Part shown: in pieces, positions 1 to 8,166 of the stretch | Layout: each line of letters starts with the position of its first letter | Numbering within the stretch: position 1 is the first letter of the stretch | Source: Chloroflexota bacterium | Lineage (GTDB): Bacteria; Chloroflexota; Anaerolineae; Anaerolineales; Villigracilaceae | DNA length: 64,000 bases | NCBI GenBank assembly: GCA_039961775.1 | Contig: JABRVZ010000003.1 | Span: 83,272 to 147,271 of the forward strand | Reading direction: 5' to 3' | Notes under the pieces: model-generated | Databases searched by the model: none | What the model was told of the DNA's origin: nothing | The model's input: the letters and a program-made list of their open reading frames with translations, nothing else | Translations under genes and position numbers: made by a program

Positions 1-1017
1 AAATGCCATACTCCTTTCGACTGGAAGGATGTGCATTTCGATCATAGCCAGACGGGATTCAAACTGGTTGGGGCGCATCAGGGAGCCGCCTGTACCTCCT
101 GTCACGCCGGCGGCAGGTTCAAGGGGACGCCTTCCAATTGTTTTGCCTGCCACTCCTCGGACGACAAACACAATGGTCAATTTGGAACGGACTGCGGCGC
201 TTGTCACAATCCGGTCTCCTGGAAAGATGTGAATTTCGACCACAGCCGCACGGGCTTCCCGCTTTCCGGCGCGCATAGCGGAGTGAAATGTACCGCCTGC
301 CATTCGAACGGCGTTTACAAGGGGACGCCGCAGGAGTGCGTCGCCTGTCACGCCGCTGACGATGCCCACAACGGGCAGTTTGGCACGGTCTGTTCGGCTT
401 GCCACAACACGAGTAGTTGGAAGAACGCCACCTTTGACCACAACCGCACGGGCTTCCCGCTCGTTGGCTCGCATTCGGGCGTGAAGTGTCAAAAATGTCA
501 TTCCAACGGCGTGTTCAAAGGGACGCCCTCGAATTGTTACGCCTGTCATGCTGGCAACGACAAACACAACGGTCAATTCGGCACCGACTGCGGTTCGTGT
601 CACAAACCAACCCGCTGGTCGGACGTAAATTTCAATCACAACAGCACCGGCTTTCCTCTTTCCGGCAAGCATGCCGGTGTACAATGCAAGGCATGTCATT
701 CCAACGGATATTCAGGAACGCCTTCCAATTGTTACGCCTGCCACGCCTCGGACGACAAGCATAACGGTCAATTCGGCACGGATTGCGCCTCCTGCCATAC
801 GCCCGACGGCTGGGGCAAGGCGAATTTCAATCACGACAAGACCGGTTTTCCCCTCGTGGGTAAACATGCCAAAGTTGATTGTAAAAAATGTCATCAAAAC
901 GGCTATCAGGGAACGCCAAATCAATGCGTTGCCTGCCACAAGGACAAACACAACGGCAAAAATGGCACCGACTGCGCGGCTTGTCATACCCCTGAGGGAT
1001 GGGGTAAAAAGCCGTAA
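1..1017 (+). CDS. Multiheme cytochrome c built from tandem ~66-aa triheme repeats (5'-truncated by window edge)
   Basis: Frame is open from base 1 (KCHTPFDW...). 15 complete CxxCH motifs in five near-identical units FxH..TGFPLxGxH..CxxCH..GTP..CxxCH..DxHNGQFGTDCxxCH..W, plus a partial motif at the edge. Confidence 0.95.
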   Translation, partial: KCHTPFDWKDVHFDHSQTGFKLVGAHQGAACTSCHAGGRFKGTPSNCFACHSSDDKHNGQFGTDCGACHNPVSWKDVNFDHSRTGFPLSGAHSGVKCTACHSNGVYKGTPQECVACHAADDAHNGQFGTVCSACHNTSSWKNATFDHNRTGFPLVGSHSGVKCQKCHSNGVFKGTPSNCYACHAGNDKHNGQFGTDCGSCHKPTRWSDVNFNHNSTGFPLSGKHAGVQCKACHSNGYSGTPSNCYACHASDDKHNGQFGTDCASCHTPDGWGKANFNHDKTGFPLVGKHAKVDCKKCHQNGYQGTPNQCVACHKDKHNGKNGTDCAACHTPEGWGKKP

Positions 1018-1047
1018 ACTTCATCGAAATTCATTTTGGGAGGGAAC

Positions 1048-2505
1048 ATGCGAACTGCCAATCGTTTAGGCTGCCTCTCAGGGGTGGGAATGGTCGCCGC
1101 GATCATTACCGCCCTGGTCATTGCGGGGTACGCCTATGCCCGGGGCGGCGTGTTGTACAACCCCGGCCCGTTGAACGCCCAAAGCGGAGAGATGCTCGGC
1201 GGCGTCACTTCACACGCCGAGACGGGCGGAAACTGCAAAGCCTGTCACACTGCGCCGTGGGAGGCGGCAAAGATGGAGGACCGCTGTGTGGCTTGTCATG
1301 GGGAGATTGCCATGCAGATGAAGGACGTGGCGACCCTGCACGGTTCACTGCTGACGGGTCAGCCGGACCTGCGCTGCCGCTTTTGTCACCCCGAACATCG
1401 CGGACCTGACGCCAGCCTGACGGAGTTGAACGGCATTTCCTTCCCGCATGAGGCGGTGGGATTTTCCTTAAAAGGGCACCAGTTCAAGGTCACGCGTGAA
1501 GCGTTTGTGTGTTCCGATTGTCACGCCGACGACATCTCCCGCTTCGATCCGCAGACCTGCGATACCTGCCATCGTCAAATGGATCTAGGGTTCATGACGG
1601 GGCATGTGCTGTCGTTCGGTTCGGCGTGTCTGAATTGTCACGATGGGGTGGATAGCCTCGTGACGGGTTTCAATCACAACAACTTTGCCTTCAAATTGAC
1701 GGGGAAGCATGGCGGCGTGACGTGCGTGAAGTGTCACGTGGATGCCCGTACGCTGGCAGATTTTGCCGCCGCGCCTCAGGATTGTTACACCTGCCATTAC
1801 GCTGACGAGCCGCACGAGGGGCGCTTTGGCAGAGATTGCGCCCTCTGCCATTCGACGGATGGCTGGACGCCTGCCAAATTCGACCACAACCTGGCGGCGT
1901 TCAAACTCGAAGGGAAACATGCGGATGTGCGCTGTGAGCAGTGCCACTTGAACAATGTGTACAAAGGCACGCCCAGCGATTGCTACTCCTGCCACCGTCA
2001 GGATGACGAGCATAACGGTCAATTTGGCACGGACTGCGCCGCCTGTCACAACCCGTCCAGTTGGGAGAACGCCACCTTCGACCACAGCCGCAGCAACTTC
2101 CCGTTGACCGGCGCGCACGTGAACGTGGCGTGTGAGCGCTGTCATAGCGGCGGGCAGTTCAAGGGGTTGTCCACAGCATGCGTTGCCTGTCATGCCGAGC
2201 CTGCTTTTCACGCCGGCATGTTCGGTACAGACTGCGCTGCCTGTCACAGCACATCCGCATGGGCGCCGGCGCAGTTCAACGGACCACATACCTTCCCCTT
2301 GAATCACGGCGGCGGGGCAACCTGCGCTACCTGTCACCCGAGCAACTTCTCGACTTACACCTGCTATGGATGTCATGAGCACAACGAAACCAAGATCCGT
2401 TCGAAGCATCTTGAGGAGGGCATTTCCAATTTCCAGGATTGTGTGAGGTGCCATCCCAGCGGGCAGGAGCACGAAGGCGGCGAAGGCGGCGGAGGGGATG
2501 ATTAG
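1048..2505 (+). CDS. Membrane-anchored or exported multiheme cytochrome c (18 CxxCH)
   Basis: ATG at 1048 after a GGGAGG SD. N-terminal hydrophobic helix. 18 CxxCH counted. Same triheme repeat as the upstream gene. Confidence 0.93.
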   Translation: MRTANRLGCLSGVGMVAAIITALVIAGYAYARGGVLYNPGPLNAQSGEMLGGVTSHAETGGNCKACHTAPWEAAKMEDRCVACHGEIAMQMKDVATLHGSLLTGQPDLRCRFCHPEHRGPDASLTELNGISFPHEAVGFSLKGHQFKVTREAFVCSDCHADDISRFDPQTCDTCHRQMDLGFMTGHVLSFGSACLNCHDGVDSLVTGFNHNNFAFKLTGKHGGVTCVKCHVDARTLADFAAAPQDCYTCHYADEPHEGRFGRDCALCHSTDGWTPAKFDHNLAAFKLEGKHADVRCEQCHLNNVYKGTPSDCYSCHRQDDEHNGQFGTDCAACHNPSSWENATFDHSRSNFPLTGAHVNVACERCHSGGQFKGLSTACVACHAEPAFHAGMFGTDCAACHSTSAWAPAQFNGPHTFPLNHGGGATCATCHPSNFSTYTCYGCHEHNETKIRSKHLEEGISNFQDCVRCHPSGQEHEGGEGGGGDD

Positions 2506-2511
2506 ATAGAG

Positions 2512-2550
2512 AAGCGCTCCCCGTTGTTTTGCGAGGAGCGCTTTTTGTTT
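2512..2550. terminator. Probable bidirectional intrinsic terminator
   Basis: AAGCGCTCC (2512-2520) / GGAGCGCTT (2535-2543) stem followed by a T-rich tract, between convergent genes. Confidence 0.75.
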
Positions 2551-3472
2551 ATGGCTTTCCGCCTCCACCCGAGCCGTTGCCGTTTCCTCCATTATCGCCC
2601 GGGGCAGGGTTGGGAGATGGGCTTGGGCTGGGATTTCCCGATTCGTCCGGCGCAGGGCTTGGTTCATTGGGACCCGCTTCGGGTTGACCGTTTTGCTGAC
2701 CGCCTCCATTCTGGGCGGGCGGTGTGACTTCCTCCTGCCCAACCTGGAAGCCGTTCTGCGCCTGCTCGCGGAACATCTCGCGGTTTTGCAATCCCTCGTC
2801 CACCACTTCCAAACGCTGTTGAAGCATCGTTTGAGTCTGGTTCATGATTTGCATCTGTTGTTGTGCGGCGGGGAGCGCCTGCTCCTGTTGTGTGCGGACT
2901 TGCAACTGGTTTGTTTCCTGCAACTGCAATTGGAGTCGTTCGCGGATTTGCAACAGGGCGCGTTCCATGGCAGGGTCATCCATTTGAGCGCACAGTTGCA
3001 GCGCCTGGCGGATGTGTTGCTCGAGGCGCAGTCTCACCTGATCGGGAACCGGCTGACCATTTTCCACCAATTGGCTCATCTCCTGAATGCGGATTTGCGC
3101 CAGTTCCATCAGACGCTCGACCTTTGCTTGCGGGTCGTACTGCATCTGCAGACCAACGTCTTCGCTCCAGGTCTTGACGGCGTACAACGGTTCTCCCGGC
3201 AAGTCGTCCTGCGCCGCGCCGACAACTGTCGCGCCGCCGCCGAACAACACGCCTGCAATGAGAAGGATGGAGAGTAACACGTTCATGGCATATTGCTCCT
3301 TTCTGAATTTGAAACTCCACCCTTTCTGACGTGGGAGCAAAGCCGCAGATACTGCCTGGCTCAAAAATTGGGCGCGTCCGCGTGATGCCATGTGCGGGTT
3401 ACGGGGCGGCACATCCCGAATCTCTTCCAGCCGTTGTTGCACATATTGTTCTGCTTCCTGCTGGTCTTTCAT
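2549..3472 (-). CDS. DUF5667-like membrane anti-sigma factor candidate
   Basis: One TM helix, then LPGEPLYAVKTWSE..L motif typical of DUF5667. Gln-rich helical region and Pro/Gly low-complexity tail. ATGA overlap with the sigma gene. Confidence 0.7.
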   Translation of the reverse strand: MKDQQEAEQYVQQRLEEIRDVPPRNPHMASRGRAQFLSQAVSAALLPRQKGWSFKFRKEQYAMNVLLSILLIAGVLFGGGATVVGAAQDDLPGEPLYAVKTWSEDVGLQMQYDPQAKVERLMELAQIRIQEMSQLVENGQPVPDQVRLRLEQHIRQALQLCAQMDDPAMERALLQIRERLQLQLQETNQLQVRTQQEQALPAAQQQMQIMNQTQTMLQQRLEVVDEGLQNREMFREQAQNGFQVGQEEVTPPAQNGGGQQNGQPEAGPNEPSPAPDESGNPSPSPSPNPAPGDNGGNGNGSGGGGKP

Positions 3473-4014
3473 GTCAACTCTTTTCTCAGTAACCTGTACA
3501 AACTTCTCAAGGCGCGGTGTTGAATGGATTTGACCGCGCCGACGGGCTTTCTCAACGCCCTGGCAATCTCTTCATTGCTCCACGCCTCCAAATACTTGAG
3601 TGCGATGACCTGTTGCTGATCGGGCGTCAGGCGTCGGATCGCCTCGCGAACTTCCCGTTTGCGGATACGTTCTTCCGCTTCCTCCTCAGGGAGATTTGCC
3701 TCGCTTCGAAGATCATCGTCCAACGCTGACGTGTTTTCCTGCCGTCGGTACGAATCCACGATCAGGTTGTGGGCAATGCGGTAGAGAAACGCCTGAAGAT
3801 TCTCCTGTGGACCGCGCCGTTCCTGCAAGGATTTGAGAAAACGGGCAAAGGTTTCAGCCACGCAATCCTCTGCCAGCGCCTCGTCGCCGAGCAGGCGCAT
3901 GGCATAGCGATAAATCCCCGGGCTGTAGGTATCGTAAATTTCTGCCAGGGCTTGGGTTTCCAACCATGAGGCGCGCTGCAGGAGGCTTTGTTCATCAGAC
4001 ACTGTTTTGCTCAT
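3469..4014 (-). CDS. ECF-family RNA polymerase sigma factor
   Basis: 181 aa. Region 2 (AEDCVAETF..FL; FLYRIAHNLIVD) and region 4 (LTPDQQQVIALKY..SNEEIARAL..PVGAVKS). Confidence 0.93.
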   Translation of the reverse strand: MSKTVSDEQSLLQRASWLETQALAEIYDTYSPGIYRYAMRLLGDEALAEDCVAETFARFLKSLQERRGPQENLQAFLYRIAHNLIVDSYRRQENTSALDDDLRSEANLPEEEAEERIRKREVREAIRRLTPDQQQVIALKYLEAWSNEEIARALRKPVGAVKSIQHRALRSLYRLLRKELT

Positions 4015-4180
4015 CTTTTTTGACGCAAAACAAGCCTATCAGATACTGCCTGATCGCAGGTGAAGAAATTTTGAAGGCGGGGGGATTGAGGATAAAAATC
4101 AGGGGAGGAACATGCCGTTTGGCAGAATCAAGCCCACGTCCAGGGGAAGACGCGGGCTGATTTTCCGAGACGGGGCGTGG

Positions 4181-5464
4181 TTAGTCGGTTGTGCCGGCCA
4201 GGGCGGCGGTCGTCTTGTGGTTGGTCTCGATGTTCATGATGGCAGGGACAAAGAATGCCGCCAGTGTCATCAGGATGCAGACCGTCCCGCCAAGGATGTA
4301 CCAGAAGCGGATGCCCAGCGCGTCGGCGACGGGACCCGCAATCAGCAGGCTGAGCGGCATCATGGCGGTGGCGCCAGCCCCCAGCAGGGAGAAGACGCGC
4401 CCCTGCACATCCGAATCAACGGTGGATTGCATGATTGCCATCAGGGGACCGTTAGCGAAGACTTGCGCAAAGCCCAGCAGAAATTGCGCGGCAAGCAGGA
4501 AGTAGAACATGTCCGCAGGGATGAGACCCGTGAGGATAACGCCCACGCCGATGCCGATGATGCCGCTGAAGGAGGTGACGATGCGGCGTTTGAACCCGCC
4601 CCAAACCCCAAGCAGCAGTCCGCCGGCGATCACGCCGACACCGAACAGCGATTCGGTCCAGCCCAATTCTGCCGCGCCTCCGTTGAAGACCTTTGTTACG
4701 ACCAGCGGGAGCAGGGACGAGGCAGGCACAATCATGAAGTTGAGCAGCATGGCGAGAATGATGAGACCGAGCAGCCCCTTCCAGCGGACAACGTAAGTGA
4801 ACCCCTCCCGCAGGTCATGCAGGTAGGACGTCCTGGCAATTTCGCCGCTGGCTTGCAAGGCATGACGCGCCGGCTGGGGGATGGGGATGAAGAACAAAGG
4901 CACGATGGCAAGGAGCGCCGTGCCTACGTCAATCAACAGGACGTTTTGCGTGGAGAGGAGTTCGATGAGCAGAGCGCCGAGCGGAGGGGCGAAGATGTTG
5001 AGCAAGCCTTGCAGGGTTTGGTTGGCGCCGGCGACGCGCGCAAGATGCTTGTCTGGCACCATGAGGGAGGTGGAGGCGGTCATGGCGGGACCGTGAAACG
5101 CTCCGCCCAACGAACGGACCGCCATCAATGCAAAGACATGCCAGGGTTGTATGTGTCCTGCGGCGAACAGGGAAAACAGGACGAGTGTGGCAAGCGCAAT
5201 GGACGTATCCGCAGCGATCATGATGACCCGGCGGTTCCAGCGATCAACCAGCGCGCCCACGAACGGACCGAGGACAATTTGCGGCAGCAACGCCACCAGC
5301 GAGGCGGTCGCCAGCACGGTTGCGGAGCCGGTTTCGCGGGTCAGCCACCAGACAAGGGCAAACTGCACGAGCGCCGAGCCGAACAACGAGATGGCTTGAC
5401 CGGTCCAGATGGTGAAAAAGCGGGCAGCCCAGTTTTCGGGGAGGGGTTGAGATGGATTTTGCAT
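4181..5464 (-). CDS. MFS transporter, DHA3/MefA-like efflux family
   Basis: About 12 hydrophobic segments. N-terminus FFTIWTGQAISLFGS resembles MefA. Motif A GALVDRWNRR. Confidence 0.88.
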   Translation of the reverse strand: MQNPSQPLPENWAARFFTIWTGQAISLFGSALVQFALVWWLTRETGSATVLATASLVALLPQIVLGPFVGALVDRWNRRVIMIAADTSIALATLVLFSLFAAGHIQPWHVFALMAVRSLGGAFHGPAMTASTSLMVPDKHLARVAGANQTLQGLLNIFAPPLGALLIELLSTQNVLLIDVGTALLAIVPLFFIPIPQPARHALQASGEIARTSYLHDLREGFTYVVRWKGLLGLIILAMLLNFMIVPASSLLPLVVTKVFNGGAAELGWTESLFGVGVIAGGLLLGVWGGFKRRIVTSFSGIIGIGVGVILTGLIPADMFYFLLAAQFLLGFAQVFANGPLMAIMQSTVDSDVQGRVFSLLGAGATAMMPLSLLIAGPVADALGIRFWYILGGTVCILMTLAAFFVPAIMNIETNHKTTAALAGTTD

Positions 5465-5528
5465 CGCTCCTCAATAATTTTAATTTATTTTGAAATAATT
5501 TTAACTCAAAAAGATTTATTTTTTATTT

Positions 5529-5556
5529 ATTATAAATATAAAATTCAATATGTCAA
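5529..5556 (-). promoter_or_regulatory. Consensus sigma70 promoter of the MFS gene
   Basis: Minus-strand TTGACA (5556-5551) - 16 nt - TATAAT (5534-5529) inside a very AT-rich intergenic tract. Confidence 0.7.
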
Positions 5557-5709
5557 CGGTCAGTTTTGTGAAATTTATGCTCAATTCGAAAAACTGAGGC
5601 GGTTTGCGCGTGGTAATCTCCTTTGCGCCATCTTTTATTTCTTTGATAGGGTTATACTTTGGAAAAACGCAATCTGACGTCAAGTTCTACCGTTGCCGAA
5701 AGGATTCCC

Positions 5710-7341
5710 ATGCCCCAACCTGCTTTCACTTCCCGCCGTTCGCCCGTTTACAGCCGCCGCGGCATCGTTGCCACGTCTCAGCCGCTCGCCACTGCCGCCG
5801 GACTCGAAATCCTTGCAAAAGGCGGCAACGCCGCCGACGCTGCCGTCGCGGCAGGCGCCGCCCTCAACGTGACCGAACCCACCTCCACGGGGATTGGCGG
5901 GGACATGTTCGCCCTCTACTATTCTGCGGATACGGGAAAGGTGACCGCCCTCAACGGATCGGGACGCGCTCCCGCCGCCCTGACGCTTGATCGGCTAAAG
6001 AACGAAGGACTCCTCGCTGAGACCTTGCCTCCGTTCCATGCCCATACCGTCACGGTCCCTGGCGCGTGCGCAGGCTGGTGCGACCTGATCGCCAGGCACG
6101 GCTCGCTCCCGCTGACAGAAATCCTTGTGCCCGCCATCCGCCTCGCGGAGGAGGGCTTTCCCGTCGCGCCGCTCACGGCTCACTTTTGGGCGCGCGGCGC
6201 GGAGCGGCAACTCAAGTCCGCGCCGAACGGACATGAACTCACCCTCAACGGACGCGCGCCAAAGGCGGGCGAGCTCTTCCGCAACCCAGGCTTGGCGCGC
6301 ACGTTCAAAGCCGTGGCGGAGGGAGGAGCGTCGGCGTTTTATCAAGGCGCGATTGCAGAGGCAATTGTCGGCGTAGTCAAAGAAGCGGGTGGATGTCTGA
6401 CGATGGACGACCTCGCGTCGCATGTGTCCACGTGGGAGGAGCCGATCTCCGTCACATATCGCGGACTGCGCGTGTACGAATGTCCGCCCAACGGACAGGG
6501 CATCACGGCGCTCATCGCTTTGAATATCCTCGAAGGCTTCGACCTTGCTTCGCTCGAAGCGTTATCCGCCGAAAAGATGCACCTGATGATCGAAGCCCTG
6601 CGGCTGGCGTTTGCGGATGCGCGCTGGTACGTCGCCGACCCGAAGTTTTCGAACGTGCCTGTGAAAGAGTTGTTGTCCAAGGAGTATGCCGCCGAACGCC
6701 GCAAATTGCTCGACCCGCAGCGCGCGACGGTTGACCAGAAACGCGGCGCGCCTGTGGCATCGTCGAACACCGTGTACCTGAGCGTTGTGGATCAATGGGG
6801 CAACGCCTGCTCGTTCATCAACAGCAACTATATGGGTTTTGGCACGGGCATCGTTCCCAAAGGTTGGGGCTTCACCCTGCAAAACCGCGGACACAACTTC
6901 AGCCTCGACCCGAATCACCCCAACTGCCTCGCGCCTCGCAAACGACCGTATCACACCATTATTCCCGCTATGGTGACGCGTGAAGCAGATGAATCACTCT
7001 ACGCCTCCTACGGCGTGATGGGCGGATTCATGCAGCCGCAGGGACATGTGCAGGTACTCTCCGCCCTGCACGACGCGGGTCTCGACCCGCAATCTGCCCT
7101 CGACCTGCCGCGCTTCTGTATCGACGTGGACGAAGCGGGCGGGCGTGTCGCCATCGAGGAAGGCATGCCAAAAACAACACTGGATGCCCTGCGTGAGATG
7201 GGACATCCAGTGTACGAGGTAAGCGGATATGAACGGGCGTTGTTTGGACGCGGTCAAGTCATCCTGCGCGATCCAGAGACGGGTGTGCTGTGCGGCGGGA
7301 GCGATCCGCGCGCGGACGGGTATGCGGGCGTTCTGGCGTGA
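5710..7341 (+). CDS. ggt: Gamma-glutamyltransferase family Ntn hydrolase
   Basis: GGNAADAAVA, EPTSTGIGGDMF, catalytic Thr in SNTVYLSVVD, KRPYHTIIP, GVMGGFMQPQGH, C-terminal SDPRADG. Start at ATG 5710 after AAAGGA. Confidence 0.92.
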   Translation: MPQPAFTSRRSPVYSRRGIVATSQPLATAAGLEILAKGGNAADAAVAAGAALNVTEPTSTGIGGDMFALYYSADTGKVTALNGSGRAPAALTLDRLKNEGLLAETLPPFHAHTVTVPGACAGWCDLIARHGSLPLTEILVPAIRLAEEGFPVAPLTAHFWARGAERQLKSAPNGHELTLNGRAPKAGELFRNPGLARTFKAVAEGGASAFYQGAIAEAIVGVVKEAGGCLTMDDLASHVSTWEEPISVTYRGLRVYECPPNGQGITALIALNILEGFDLASLEALSAEKMHLMIEALRLAFADARWYVADPKFSNVPVKELLSKEYAAERRKLLDPQRATVDQKRGAPVASSNTVYLSVVDQWGNACSFINSNYMGFGTGIVPKGWGFTLQNRGHNFSLDPNHPNCLAPRKRPYHTIIPAMVTREADESLYASYGVMGGFMQPQGHVQVLSALHDAGLDPQSALDLPRFCIDVDEAGGRVAIEEGMPKTTLDALREMGHPVYEVSGYERALFGRGQVILRDPETGVLCGGSDPRADGYAGVLA

Positions 7342-7367
7342 GCGGAGTTGGCTATTGCAAATAATGA

Positions 7368-7745
7368 CTAGTATTTCTTTTCAACATACTTCACGCCATC
7401 GCGGTCTTTGAAATGTTCGTCCTGTGTCCAAAGAACGGCGTCATGGGTGCGGGCGGCGGCAAGGATGAAACTATCCGCCATAGGCAGTCTCAGGTCTGCG
7501 GAGAGTTTTGCGGCGCTCAGCGCCAGCGATTCGTCAATTTCAATGACTTTTCCCTGCTTCATGTCGCTGACGCGGACTTGTGCCTCGGCGATTCCGTTTT
7601 GCTGGAGAATTTTCTTGAATACCTCGTAAATGCAAATGACAGGCACGAGCAGGTTCTTTGTATCTTCGATGGCAGGGGCGAAAAAATCGGCGTTACTCCC
7701 ATCCGCAAAATATTCCAGCCAGCCCGATGAGTCGACGATGTTCAT
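7368..7745 (-). CDS. vapC: PIN-domain toxin (VapC family)
   Basis: IVDSSGW, YEV, LPMADS, LWTQD acidic PIN quartet. ATGA overlap with the antitoxin. Confidence 0.9.
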   Translation of the reverse strand: MNIVDSSGWLEYFADGSNADFFAPAIEDTKNLLVPVICIYEVFKKILQQNGIAEAQVRVSDMKQGKVIEIDESLALSAAKLSADLRLPMADSFILAAARTHDAVLWTQDEHFKDRDGVKYVEKKY

Positions 7746-7951
7746 ACGCGATCCTCTTCGTCGCGCTCGATTCTCGTGTCAATGCCCTTCAAAGATCCGC
7801 GCGCCTGTTTGATGGGGCGGACGGGGATAAAGACCACCATGTTATCGTAAGCGATGACGTGCATTTTTTGTCCAGGCTTGACGCCCATTTGCTCGCGCAC
7901 TTTTAAAGGGATGACAACCTGATATTTGGGGGAAACAGTTACAGCATCCAT
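7742..7951 (-). CDS. vapB: AbrB/MazE/SpoVT-family antitoxin
   Basis: 69 aa. VSPKYQVVIPLKVREQMGVKPGQ swapped-hairpin motif. AGGAG SD. Confidence 0.88.
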   Translation of the reverse strand: MDAVTVSPKYQVVIPLKVREQMGVKPGQKMHVIAYDNMVVFIPVRPIKQARGSLKGIDTRIERDEEDRV

Positions 7952-7973
7952 ACGAATCTCCTATCGAACCAAA

Positions 7974-7994
7974 AATCGTATAACGATTATATCA
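7974..7994 (-). promoter_or_regulatory. Extended -10 promoter with overlapping palindromic operator for vapBC
   Basis: Minus-strand TG-A-TATAAT (7994-7986). AATCGT-ata-ACGATT inverted repeat at 7974-7988. Confidence 0.7.
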
Positions 7995-8075
7995 CCGCTT
8001 ATTTGAAAACTGTTGCTGGTTTTGTAAGGTTCGACGCCAACTTTTGGCGAAACTACAGTAAGATTACCCGAATTT

Positions 8076-8157
8076 GGGATAAGCTTTTTGAACCGTCCCG
8101 AAGGCTTTGTGCAGGCAACTTCAAGGGGTGGAACCCAGCCTTCGGGACGCTTATCCC
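8076..8157. repeat. Nested inverted repeat (REP-like or 3' hairpin)
   Basis: Perfect 13-bp IR CGTCCCGAAGGCT (8094-8106) / AGCCTTCGGGACG (8137-8149) inside GGGATAAG / CTTATCCC. Confidence 0.65.
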
Positions 8158-8166
8158 GAACTGACG

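Noticed and set aside
1-2505. Regular ~200-nt periodicity considered as a CRISPR or other DNA repeat array
   Set aside because: The units are in-frame, diverge at synonymous sites and encode heme-binding protein repeats.
4127-4162. Imperfect hairpin downstream of the MFS gene
   Set aside because: It is probably a weak terminator, but has no U-tract in the MFS direction, so there is too little support to call it.
4112-5677. 521-aa plus-strand ORF, and similar long antisense ORFs (34821-36287, 40403-42049, 47881-49293, 1585-2742)
   Set aside because: They lie opposite well-supported genes, have no recognisable motifs, and are expected shadows of GC-rich codon usage.
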